Origin: Polyangia bacterium
GTDB lineage: Bacteria; Myxococcota_A; Polyangia; Fen-1088
DNA length: 64,000 bases
Assembly (NCBI GenBank): GCA_036268875.1
Contig: DATATI010000091.1
Coordinates: 13,513 to 77,512, forward strand
Direction: 5' to 3'
Within the stretch, counting starts at the first letter, position 1; every line of letters starts with the position of its first letter. Shown piece after piece: positions 40,050 to 49,162 of this stretch. The translations under genes and the position numbers were made by a program. The notes below the pieces were generated by a model. That model made no database searches, was not told the DNA's origin, and saw only the letters and a list, made by a program, of their open reading frames with translations.

Positions 40050-41975
40050 ATGGGGTTTTGCCTGTGGGGGATTGTTTTGAAAATTAATAAAGCGCTGGGT
40101 GTTCGTCGATTCTTGGTGGCGGGTCTTCTTCTGGTCGCCGCTGGCTGCTCGTCGCCTCATGCAGACATCTCGCCGGATGGCGCCGCCGATCGCCCCAAAA
40201 CCATCGATCAGGCGGGGCTGCCCGACGCGCCCACCGAGACGAATGACGTCCCCGCAGATTTCGCTGTTGCCGGTGACACGGCCGTGATCGACACCGAGCC
40301 GCCCGCCGACGGGAGCCCCGTGCCGGCGGTGGCGATCACCACCGCCGGGCCGCTGATGCGCGCCACCGTCGGCGTGAAATACGCCACCACCATCACCGCG
40401 TCGGGCGGCGTGCCGCCTTACACGTTCACGCTGCCTGGCCTGCCCGCCAGTCTGTCCTGGCTGTCCATCGACGGCGACGGAACGCTGGGCGGAACGCCTT
40501 CGCAAGCCATCGCCAACCCGGTGAACCTCACGGTGACGGTGCACGATTCGCGCAGCGATAAGACGCCCGAATCGACGGCCATGCGGACCTATGCGCTGTC
40601 CGTGGGCGCCTGCGCGGAAGGAACGCAGATCGATTGCGCGGGAGCGCTGGCCGGCGGAATGGCCTGCGGGTTCGGAAAGAGCACCTGCACCGGTGGCGTC
40701 CCCGCCGCCTGCGTCGCCACCACGCCCTCGACCGACACCTCCCGCTGCGGGGCTACCTGCGGCGCCTGCGACGCCAACACGGCCAAGACATGCGCCGGCG
40801 GTGTCTGCCAATGCGGCGGCGCCAACGCCTGCACCGGCGGCGCCACCTGCTGTGGCAACGGCGCGACAGCCGGCTGCTTTGACACCACCACCAGCATCGA
40901 CAACTGCGGCGGGTGCGGCCTCAAGTGTCCGGCCGGCGGATATCACTGCGACCACGGGTGCAAGTGCGGGGCGGGCGGCGTGTGCGGCGCGGGAGAGACC
41001 TGTTGCGGCTCCGGCGCCGGCGCCAGCTGCATCGCGCTCGGGCAGAGCATGAGCAACTGTGGCGCCTGTGGCCTGGTCTGCGATGCCACGCGCTCCAACG
41101 CCTGCTCTGGCGGCGCTTGCAAGTGCGGCGCGGCGGCGCAGTGCGCGGCCGGGCAGACCTGTTGCGGGGAAAGCTGTTTCGACCTGGCCCACGACGTCGA
41201 CCACTGCCTGGCCTGCGGGTCGACCTGCGATCGCAACAAGGCGGACAACTGCCTGAACGGCTGCCGCTGCGGCAACAACGCCGCCTGCGGAAACGGACAG
41301 ACCTGCTGCGGCGGCGCCTGCGTCGACACGTCGACCAACACGAACCACTGCGGTGGTTGTGGCAAGGTTTGTCCGGCCGGCACCAACGCTTGTTTGACCG
41401 GAACGTGCAGCTGCGGCTCGCACGTCGGCGTCTGCGGCGCGGGAACCACGTGCTGCACTGACAACTGTTACAACCTGACGATGTCGGCCTCCAGCTTCAA
41501 CTGCAAGACCTGCGGCCACTCGTGCCTGGGCGACGCCTGCAGCACGGGCGCCTGCCAGCCGACCCCGGTGTCGGGAGCCGCCGCTGCTCCCTACAACTTT
41601 CCCGCCAGCAGCTCGGCGACCTCGTTCGGCGGCCATACCTATACCCTCAATTACGCCACGGCGCCGGACGGGAACCAGGATCCGGCGATCTTCAAGGACG
41701 GCAGCACGACGGCGTTGTGTATCTGGGCCACATACAGCGGCGCCAACGAAGAAGTCGCGTTCGAAGGCCTTGTCGCTGACGCCAACTTTATTTACGGCCT
41801 GCTGAACGGCGGTCCGGAGGGACTGTTCAAGTGCCCTGTGGGCGGCGGCCCCGGTGTCACTCTGTTTGAATCGTCCGCAGATTATGCGCGCAACGGACTG
41901 GTCGATACCGGCACGGCGCTGTACTGGGAGGCCTTCAACGGCACCACCGAACAGGTCTATCGCCTGGTGAAGTGA
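40050..41975 (+). CDS. Lipoprotein with He_PIG-like Ig domain and ~7 tandem Cys-rich repeats (C-x-C-G..TCCG..C-x-D..NCGxCGxxC)
   Basis: Signal/lipobox LVAAGC; alt start TTG 40077 with GGGGGA SD; PPYTFTLPGLPASLSWLSIDGDGTLGGTP motif. Confidence 0.7.
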   Translation: MGFCLWGIVLKINKALGVRRFLVAGLLLVAAGCSSPHADISPDGAADRPKTIDQAGLPDAPTETNDVPADFAVAGDTAVIDTEPPADGSPVPAVAITTAGPLMRATVGVKYATTITASGGVPPYTFTLPGLPASLSWLSIDGDGTLGGTPSQAIANPVNLTVTVHDSRSDKTPESTAMRTYALSVGACAEGTQIDCAGALAGGMACGFGKSTCTGGVPAACVATTPSTDTSRCGATCGACDANTAKTCAGGVCQCGGANACTGGATCCGNGATAGCFDTTTSIDNCGGCGLKCPAGGYHCDHGCKCGAGGVCGAGETCCGSGAGASCIALGQSMSNCGACGLVCDATRSNACSGGACKCGAAAQCAAGQTCCGESCFDLAHDVDHCLACGSTCDRNKADNCLNGCRCGNNAACGNGQTCCGGACVDTSTNTNHCGGCGKVCPAGTNACLTGTCSCGSHVGVCGAGTTCCTDNCYNLTMSASSFNCKTCGHSCLGDACSTGACQPTPVSGAAAAPYNFPASSSATSFGGHTYTLNYATAPDGNQDPAIFKDGSTTALCIWATYSGANEEVAFEGLVADANFIYGLLNGGPEGLFKCPVGGGPGVTLFESSADYARNGLVDTGTALYWEAFNGTTEQVYRLVK

Positions 41976-42159
41976 CGACCAGCCTGCGGCCGTCGGATGA
42001 CGCTGCCGTGCGATGCCCTACTTCAAACGGGTCTGGCCGTGGGTCAGCGGCGCGTCGGTTTTGCCGCGGGTTTGTCGATCGACCGGGAAGGTTTCGCCGG
42101 ACCCGGGTCTCAAAGGCCGCGTGTTGGTTTTTCCGGACGCCTATCGAAAGGAACCCCTC

Positions 42160-43089
42160 ATGCGCGCAGCGAAGACATTCTTGCACCCAGTTCTTCCGTA
42201 TCTAGCTAGCCTTGGTTTGACGGTGGCGGCCATCGGCTGTGCGCCCACTCCGCCGCCTTCGTCTGGCAGCGGCAGTGGCGGCAGCAGCGGATCGGGTGGC
42301 AGCAGCGGGTCGGGCAGCGGCGGCAGCAACGCGACGGGCGGCAGCAGCGGGTCGGGTGGCAGCAGTGGATCGGGTGGCAGCAGCGACGGGACCGGCGGCA
42401 GCGGGTCCGGTGGGACCGACGGCGCCGACGCAGGCACGGGCGGCACCATCGTCGAGGGCACGGGCGGCAGCAGCGGCACCGGCGGCGTCATGTTCAACCC
42501 GCAGTTGCCGTTGCCGTTGATCGTCACCACTGTCTTCAACAACCAAGGTTGGTTCGGCGATGCCGCCGAGATGACCGCCTTCATTCCCGGATCCACCATC
42601 ATCAGCCAGACCGTTTCGACGGCCGGGCCGTGCGCGACGCGTGTGGCGAACGCGCAGGGCAACTGCTTGAAGGTCGTCTTCACCCCACCGACGAACATCA
42701 CGCCGCTGACCACCAACGCGTACGTCGGCGTCTTCTTCTTGACCACCGTGAAAGCCGCGCACGCGGACGCCACGCCGCCCGAAGCGATCGGCGATCCCAA
42801 CTGGGGCATGGTCGAACCCGGCGCCAATATCGCGCCCGGGGCGACGAAAATTTCGTTCTCGGTGGCCACCGATACGCCGGGCCTGAAAGTTTCCTTCAAG
42901 GCGGGCGCCGGCGACATCTTCCAAGTGCCGGAGACGGTCATGATGCCGACCAGCGCCTGGAGCACCGGATCGCTGTCCTTGACCGGCCTCGACTATGGCA
43001 TGTCGGTGGTCGGCGGATTTGCCTGGGTCCTCACCGACACCACCAAGGCGGCGACGTTCTATCTGGACAACATCGTCTGGACGATGTGA
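42160..43089 (+). CDS. Lipoprotein with (GGSSGSG)n linker and C-terminal beta-rich domain
   Basis: AAGGAA SD 8 nt before ATG 42160; lipobox VAAIGC. Confidence 0.65.
   Translation: MRAAKTFLHPVLPYLASLGLTVAAIGCAPTPPPSSGSGSGGSSGSGGSSGSGSGGSNATGGSSGSGGSSGSGGSSDGTGGSGSGGTDGADAGTGGTIVEGTGGSSGTGGVMFNPQLPLPLIVTTVFNNQGWFGDAAEMTAFIPGSTIISQTVSTAGPCATRVANAQGNCLKVVFTPPTNITPLTTNAYVGVFFLTTVKAAHADATPPEAIGDPNWGMVEPGANIAPGATKISFSVATDTPGLKVSFKAGAGDIFQVPETVMMPTSAWSTGSLSLTGLDYGMSVVGGFAWVLTDTTKAATFYLDNIVWTM
42263..42420 (+). repeat. Imperfect ~21-bp tandem repeats encoding Gly/Ser linker
   Basis: ggcggcagcagcggatcgggt-like units. Confidence 0.6.
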
Positions 43090-43123
43090 GCGCCGGGCGC
43101 GGACGGACGTGCATAATGGCCGC

Positions 43124-44272
43124 GTGCCGCCCCTGCGCACGCTTGTCGCCGTCACCATTGCGTTAGGTTTCGGCGCCGTTTGCGGGGCGGCGCCGGCGCG
43201 CGCCGCGGAGTCCGCCGGGATCGCCGTCGAAACCAACACCGACGGCTGTCCCGATCGCGCCGAGGTGATCGCGGCGCTGGACGTTCGCGTGCCGAGCGCC
43301 GCCGCCGGTCTGGGAGGGCAGACCGGCGGCCGGCGGCTGGTGCTTGAACGCTTCGACGGTGAAGGGCAGGGCGTACGCTTGCAGCTTTTCGACCAGACCG
43401 GCGTGGTCGAGCTGGAGCGCCGGTTGCAATCGCCGCCATCGGATCCGCACGGGCGGCGGTCGGTAGGCGTGTGCGCGGCGCTGGCCGAGGCGACCGCCCA
43501 GGTGGTCAGCCGTTATTTGAAAGAGCTCGGGTATCACCCGCCCGCGGCGCTTCCACCCCCGCCGGTGACTTCGTCCGTGGTGCCGACGCCGTCGCCGCAA
43601 CCGGAGACGCCGCCGCCGAAGCAAACCGAAACCGCGCCGCCGCCGGCGGCTGTGCCTGCGCCTGAGCCCAAACCGCCGCCGCCGAGAGAAAATCCGTTGG
43701 CGCCCCTGCGCTCGTCAGTGCGGGTGGGCGCGGCCAGCGAGTGGTTGATCGTGCCGGGGTTGTCCGTCGGTGGTCGCGTGGGCCTGGGCGTCGGCGATCG
43801 CTGGCCGCGCGGCGAGCTGGCCCTGTCGCTGCTGGTCCGGCGGCGCTGGCTGGCGCTTTCGTTGACGGGCGGGGTTTCGGGTGAGACGCAGGCGCCGGTG
43901 ACGGGCACGCAGCCGGACGCGTATCTGGCGTTGCGCGCGTATCCGGTTCGGGCGTCAGCGGGCGGCGCGTTTCGTCTGCCGGTCGGCGGTCTCTTGTTGC
44001 CAGCGGTCGGTGTCAGCCTGGACTGGTTGACCTTCTCGGCGTACGGCTTGGACCAAAAACAAAGCGCCCGGCGTCTCGACAGCGCGCTCGAAGGCGGCGT
44101 CGGTTACCTGCGGCTTTTCGGCAGGGTCGGCGTCGGGTTGCGGCTGGCCGCGGGCTGGGCGCTCGGCCCGCGCGACTTCGACGCGGGCCGCTCAACGCCG
44201 GTATTTCGCACGCCGGGCGCCTATTTGCGAGGCGAGCTGCAGGTGGGGTTCGCTCTGGGGAAGGATTCGTGA
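43124..44272 (+). CDS. Secreted Pro-rich hypothetical protein (GTG start, signal ..AAPARAAE)
   Basis: Signal peptide; C-terminal beta-rich region. Confidence 0.5.
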   Translation: MPPLRTLVAVTIALGFGAVCGAAPARAAESAGIAVETNTDGCPDRAEVIAALDVRVPSAAAGLGGQTGGRRLVLERFDGEGQGVRLQLFDQTGVVELERRLQSPPSDPHGRRSVGVCAALAEATAQVVSRYLKELGYHPPAALPPPPVTSSVVPTPSPQPETPPPKQTETAPPPAAVPAPEPKPPPPRENPLAPLRSSVRVGAASEWLIVPGLSVGGRVGLGVGDRWPRGELALSLLVRRRWLALSLTGGVSGETQAPVTGTQPDAYLALRAYPVRASAGGAFRLPVGGLLLPAVGVSLDWLTFSAYGLDQKQSARRLDSALEGGVGYLRLFGRVGVGLRLAAGWALGPRDFDAGRSTPVFRTPGAYLRGELQVGFALGKDS

Positions 44273-44318
44273 CCGCCAGTGCTCTAAACTGACCAGGTAC
44301 GCCCGCTTGTTTCCCGCC

Positions 44319-44957
44319 ATGCGTCTCATCTCACGGAACGACCCCGCTGCTGCCGACGGCGTGGCGGCCGATCGCGCGCTGGTGGCGCGTTGTCTGGCGC
44401 GCGACACGACGGCCTGGCGGGCGCTGTACGACGCGCACCAGGCGCGGGTGGCCCGGCTGATCGCCGGGCTGGGCATCGCCAACGCTGAGGCCGACGACGT
44501 CTGTCAGGAGATCTTCGTGATCGTGTATCGCCATTTGAAAACCTTCCGCGGCGAGGCGCGCCTGTCGACCTGGATTCATCGCCTCGCCACCCGGTGTGCC
44601 TTGCGCTTTGCCAAGCGCCGTCGCCTGCGCCGCGCGGTGCTGGATGTGCTGGTGCGCGCGGCGCCGCCGCAGCTGCCACACGACTGGAGCGAGAACGCCG
44701 CCGCCCGTCGTCAGTACCTGATGCAGCTCCTGGGCAAGTTGCCGCCCGAGCGGCGGCTGGCCCTGGTGCTGACGGAGATCGAAGGACGATCGGCCGAAGA
44801 GATCGCCGCGCAATGTGGCTGCAGCGTGGCGACGGTGTGGACGCGGGTGCACCGCGCGCGGGTGCAACTGGAAGCGCTGGCCAAGGAAGCCGAACGCGGC
44901 ATGGTGGTGGCGACGGGCGGGCCGGCCAGTCCGTCCCCGCGGGAGGGGAAGGCTTGA
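44319..44957 (+). CDS. ECF-subfamily RNA polymerase sigma-70 factor
   Basis: Region 2 (DDVCQEIFVIVYRHLKTFRGEARLSTWIHR) and region 4 (LPPERRLALVLTEIEGRSAEEIAAQCGCSVATVWTRVHRAR). Confidence 0.85.
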   Translation: MRLISRNDPAAADGVAADRALVARCLARDTTAWRALYDAHQARVARLIAGLGIANAEADDVCQEIFVIVYRHLKTFRGEARLSTWIHRLATRCALRFAKRRRLRRAVLDVLVRAAPPQLPHDWSENAAARRQYLMQLLGKLPPERRLALVLTEIEGRSAEEIAAQCGCSVATVWTRVHRARVQLEALAKEAERGMVVATGGPASPSPREGKA

Positions 44958-46327
44958 AGGATTCGTCAAAGTCGGGACCGCGCTGGTTGGAGACGTCCGC
45001 GTCCGCCGGTGATCAAGCGTTGCGGCGCGCTCTGGATGACGCCGCCGAGATGCCGGAGGTGCAGCCGAACAAGCAACGGGTGTGGACCCGCGTGCAGGTG
45101 CCGTGGGCGCCGTCGCGGGGGCGCTGGGCGCTGGGCATCGGTTTGACGACAGCGGCGGTGGCGGGTGTGGTGGCGTTCGCGATTTTGCATCGCGCGCCGA
45201 CGAACCGCGAAACCGTGGCGGGTGTGGCGGGTGTGGTGGCGCCGTCGGCGAACGCGCCGGCGTTTGCCACCGGCACCTTGCTGACCGGTCCGGGCGAAAA
45301 ACTGGAGCGCCGCCTGGCGCGCGGTGTGGACGTGGTGCTGGCGCCGCTGGGCGCTCTGCTGGCCGGCGACAACGAGACGCCGCCCGAAGTGAAAAGCGGG
45401 AAAGCGCACTTCTCCGTTCCTCATCAGTCGCCAGGGCAGCGCTATGTGGTGCGCGCCGCCGGTTATCGGGTGGTGGTGCTGGGGACGGTCTTCGACGTGG
45501 GCGTCGAATCGACCGGGGTCAGCGTCAATCTGCAGACCGGCGTGGTCGATGTGGAGGATGCACAAAGTGGCCAGCGCCTGGCGCACCTTTCGGCCGGCCA
45601 ACATTGGTCCAGCGCCGAAGGACCGGCAGTCAGTACGACGCCGCCGCCGCCGACGGCGCCACCACGATCGCTGCGCCGAGCGAACACCCGCTTGCTGGCC
45701 ACCGCGGACACCGCGCCGGAGGCCGCGGCCATCCTGGCGTCGGCGCGCCAGGCCCGGCAGGCGGGCGCTGCGCGTCAGGCGCTGGCCTTGTACGGTCGGC
45801 TGGCCCACGCCGGCGGTCAGCTGGCGGAAAGCGCGCAGTACGAGATGGCCTCGATCGAAGACGAAGATCTTCACGATCCGGCGCGCGCACTGCGTTCGTG
45901 GGAGCGTTACCGAGAGCAGCACCCGCGCGGCGTGCTGCGCGCCGAGGCCGATCTCTCGATCATCGAGATGCTCACCGAGCTCGGCCAGGACGGCCGCGCC
46001 CTGGACGAAGCGCGCGGCTTCCTGCGCCGCAACCCAGGCAGCGAACGGCGGGGCGAGGTGGCGCGCGTGGCCGGCGATCTGTCACGCACCCGCGGCGACT
46101 GCCCCCAGGCCTTATTGTTCTATGATCAGGCGCTTGCCAGCCGCCTATCACCCGCCGACGCCGACGACGCCGCCTTCCAGCGCGCGGGTTGCCTGGTCGC
46201 GCTGCCCGACGGCCGCGCCGCCGCCGCCGCGGTGGCCGCGTATCTCGGCCGGTATCCGCACGGTCGTCACGTCGGCGAAGCGCGACGCCTGCAAGCCAGC
46301 GCGGCGTCACCGGCGGCCGCTCCCTGA
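44954..46327 (+). CDS. Anti-sigma factor, FecR-domain, single TM, TPR-like C-terminus (TTG start overlapping sigma stop)
   Basis: GGGAGGGGA SD; TM WALGIGLTTAAVAGVVAFAIL; FecR-like YVVRAAGYRVVVLGTVFDV. Confidence 0.7.
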   Translation: MKDSSKSGPRWLETSASAGDQALRRALDDAAEMPEVQPNKQRVWTRVQVPWAPSRGRWALGIGLTTAAVAGVVAFAILHRAPTNRETVAGVAGVVAPSANAPAFATGTLLTGPGEKLERRLARGVDVVLAPLGALLAGDNETPPEVKSGKAHFSVPHQSPGQRYVVRAAGYRVVVLGTVFDVGVESTGVSVNLQTGVVDVEDAQSGQRLAHLSAGQHWSSAEGPAVSTTPPPPTAPPRSLRRANTRLLATADTAPEAAAILASARQARQAGAARQALALYGRLAHAGGQLAESAQYEMASIEDEDLHDPARALRSWERYREQHPRGVLRAEADLSIIEMLTELGQDGRALDEARGFLRRNPGSERRGEVARVAGDLSRTRGDCPQALLFYDQALASRLSPADADDAAFQRAGCLVALPDGRAAAAAVAAYLGRYPHGRHVGEARRLQASAASPAAAP

Positions 46328-46331
46328 TGGC

Positions 46332-48083
46332 ATGAACCGAAAGCCGCCCGCCGCGCGCGCGTCGCGCTTGATTCGCGGGTGGGTCGGTGGGGCGGTCCTC
46401 GGCGCGCTGGTCGTCGTCGGGGTCGGCTTTGCCGGCGCCGGTTGTCAGCGCACCCGGGCGATCGAATTCATCGGCTACGCCTGCGGCGCGCCGCCACCGC
46501 TGCCGATGGTGGCCAGCAACCCGTGGAACTGCGACGACGGCGGAGGTCGCTGCTTCGTCGACGACAACCTGGTCGGCCTTCCCGGCGGCCCGGCGCCGCT
46601 GTTCATGCGGCCGGAGGATCCATCAACCGCCGCGCAGCCGACCATCGTCTACCCGCGGGCCGGCGCGATGTTTCCGCTGAACCTGGGCGGGATCGATCTG
46701 CAGTGGCGGCGCGGCACGCACTTGTACTTTCGCGCCCAGCTGACCGCGGTGTCCGATCCGACGCGTGTCTACACATTGTATCTGCCGTGCCGGATGCCGC
46801 CGCCCGTTCCCAGCCCGCCGCCGCCGGACGCGTGCTTCTATCCGCTGTCCCGCGCGCTGTGGACCACCATCGCCGCCGAGAACCCCGACGGCGCGCTGGA
46901 TCTGCAAATCACCGGCGCCGATGCGGCCGGCACCACCATCGCGATGTCACCGCCGGTGCGCATCTCGTTTGCTCCGTCGTCGGTGCACGGCGGAATTTAT
47001 TACTGGTCCAGCGACGGCCAGGGCGTGTTTCGCGCCCTGCTGGGCGGCGGACCGGGGTTGCCGTTTCTGACCCCGCCGCTGGGCGGTCGGTTTCCCTGCG
47101 GTGGTTGCCACAGCGCCAGCGACGACGGTCGCTTTCTGTCGTTCAGCGGCACCACGAATGACTACGGCCAACCGGGAACACTGATCGTCACCGACGTGCA
47201 AAGCCCCAGCACGCCCATGCTGGGCCCGGCGCCCGGTGAGGGCGGCGACGGCGCCACCACCAGCTTGAACCGCGACGGCAGCTTGGTGCTGGCCAGCTTT
47301 GGCACCGCGATCGATCCCGGCCACCTGGACGTGCGTGAGACCGCCACCGACCGTGAGCTGGCCCGGCGGGATCCGGATCCCACCGCCGTCGGGGGCGGCC
47401 GCTATTTTTTCCCGCAGTGGTCGCCCGACGGCCGCGAGATCGCCGCCACCGCTTCCGAGGGCAGCACGACCCCATGGTCGGTCGACAGCGGATCGATCGT
47501 CGTGCTGCCGTATGGCGGCGGCGGCTTCGGTACGCCGCGGGTGGTGGTTCCCCAGGACGACGCGAACGGGCTTTTTCACTACTACCCGACCTGGTCACCC
47601 GACGGCGCGTGGATCGCCTTCGTATCAGCGCCGCTGCCAGGGCCAAGCTACGGCAACGCGCAAAGCCGGCTGCGCCTGGTGTCGCGCGCCGGCGGGCGCA
47701 TCTACGAGCTGGCCAAGGCCACGCAAAAGATCGGCGTGACGTCGACCTATCCGCGCTTCGCGCCGGTGATGCAGGATCAGTGCAACGTCCTTTACCTGAC
47801 GTTCCAGTCGAAGATGGACTACGGCTATCTGGTCGCCAACAGCGCGCAGCCGACGCAAGGCCAGGCACCGCAACTTTGGATGACGGCGATCGATCTGCGC
47901 GCCCTGGACACCGGTGATCCCTCGCGGGTGCCGGTGTGGCTGCCGTTTCAGGCGCCGCAGCAGAAAAATCTGCTCGGCACCTGGGCCGAGCGGATCCTCT
48001 GTCGCGGGCAAGCCGACTGCGGCGCCGTCACCGACGCCACCTGCGAGACGACTTTGGGCGAGTGCGTGCCGGCGCCGCCCTGA
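46332..48083 (+). CDS. Lipoprotein with TolB/PD40-like beta-propeller repeats
   Basis: YFFPQWSPDGREIA, YYPTWSPDGAWIAF; lipobox FAGAGC. Confidence 0.65.
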   Translation: MNRKPPAARASRLIRGWVGGAVLGALVVVGVGFAGAGCQRTRAIEFIGYACGAPPPLPMVASNPWNCDDGGGRCFVDDNLVGLPGGPAPLFMRPEDPSTAAQPTIVYPRAGAMFPLNLGGIDLQWRRGTHLYFRAQLTAVSDPTRVYTLYLPCRMPPPVPSPPPPDACFYPLSRALWTTIAAENPDGALDLQITGADAAGTTIAMSPPVRISFAPSSVHGGIYYWSSDGQGVFRALLGGGPGLPFLTPPLGGRFPCGGCHSASDDGRFLSFSGTTNDYGQPGTLIVTDVQSPSTPMLGPAPGEGGDGATTSLNRDGSLVLASFGTAIDPGHLDVRETATDRELARRDPDPTAVGGGRYFFPQWSPDGREIAATASEGSTTPWSVDSGSIVVLPYGGGGFGTPRVVVPQDDANGLFHYYPTWSPDGAWIAFVSAPLPGPSYGNAQSRLRLVSRAGGRIYELAKATQKIGVTSTYPRFAPVMQDQCNVLYLTFQSKMDYGYLVANSAQPTQGQAPQLWMTAIDLRALDTGDPSRVPVWLPFQAPQQKNLLGTWAERILCRGQADCGAVTDATCETTLGECVPAPP

Positions 48084-48229
48084 ACGGCTTCTTCGCGCGC
48101 GCGAAGGATCGGACGGCGCCTGGCGGTCGTGCACCCTTTCCGTAGGCTGTGCCGCGGACGAAGACCATCAGTGCCGCAGCCGCGACTGTCGCCGTCGGGC
48201 AAACACACCAGGCAGGCAGGCAGGCGCTG

Positions 48230-49162
48230 TCAGCGCTGCAGCGCCGCCAGCGTGGCGTCGTACCCGGCCTTCACCGTGTCGTCGAAGGCGGCTTGCAGCT
48301 TGAACACCGCTTCCGGGTTCACGGCGCCGACGGGGACGCGCACCTCGCGCAGCGGGCAGGTCATGTCGCCGCGGTAGAACGCCGGTTGATCGGTGACGTT
48401 GATGGCCAGCAGATTGGCGCCCGGGAACAGCCGGCACGCTTCGTCGACCGGCGTCATCGCGGCGCGGTCGGCGCCGGGATCGATGTCGGGCGTCTTGGCC
48501 AGATCCAGATTGTCGAAGATGTACGGGTTGGCCAGGCTCTTGCCGATGGTGGCGGCCAGGTTGCCTTCCTTCGCCACCACCAGCTCCAACCCGTCGCCGG
48601 CGCGGCGCTGGAACGACGTCGCGTAGCGGACGGGCAGGGCTTCGATGGCGACGCCGCCGAACTCGCCGTTCAGCACCTTCACCAATCGATCGCGATCCAT
48701 GGTCGAGGTCAGACCGGCGCCCAGGGCGAAGCCGCCACCGGCGGCGACGATCGGCGCCACCTTGTTATCGGTCACCGCGGCGGCTACCGCGCCTAGCACC
48801 GCGCCCAGCAACAAGCCGTTCTCGCCGGCCTGCAGCCTGGACGCGGCGACGTAGGCGGCGGCCATGTGCCGAAAGCGTTCGGTGGTGTCCTTGTCAGGCG
48901 CGCTGGCATAAAGCCCGCCCACCAGCGAGCCCATGCTGTTGCCGACCACGCAGTCGACGTGAATGCCGGCTTGCTTGGCGGCGGCGATGGCGCCCAGGTG
49001 CGCGACGCCTTTCGCGCCACCGACGGACAGCACCAGACAGGTCTGGCGCGTCTTCGGATCGAAAGATGGCGGCTTGTGCGCGCAGCCGGTGGCCAGCGCT
49101 GATGCGACCAGCGCCAGCGCCAACACGCCCGCGGTGGCGCCCCCTCGCCAGCGTTTACGCAC
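48230..49162 (-). CDS. Patatin-like phospholipase lipoprotein
   Basis: Oxyanion SVGGAKG, nucleophile GNSMG (GxSxG). Confidence 0.85.
   Translation of the reverse strand: MRKRWRGGATAGVLALALVASALATGCAHKPPSFDPKTRQTCLVLSVGGAKGVAHLGAIAAAKQAGIHVDCVVGNSMGSLVGGLYASAPDKDTTERFRHMAAAYVAASRLQAGENGLLLGAVLGAVAAAVTDNKVAPIVAAGGGFALGAGLTSTMDRDRLVKVLNGEFGGVAIEALPVRYATSFQRRAGDGLELVVAKEGNLAATIGKSLANPYIFDNLDLAKTPDIDPGADRAAMTPVDEACRLFPGANLLAINVTDQPAFYRGDMTCPLREVRVPVGAVNPEAVFKLQAAFDDTVKAGYDATLAALQR

Noticed and set aside
40047-41636. 529-aa minus ORF antisense to Cys-rich lipoprotein
   Set aside because: Shadow ORF.
42202-43239. 345-aa minus ORF
   Set aside because: Antisense to GS-linker lipoprotein.
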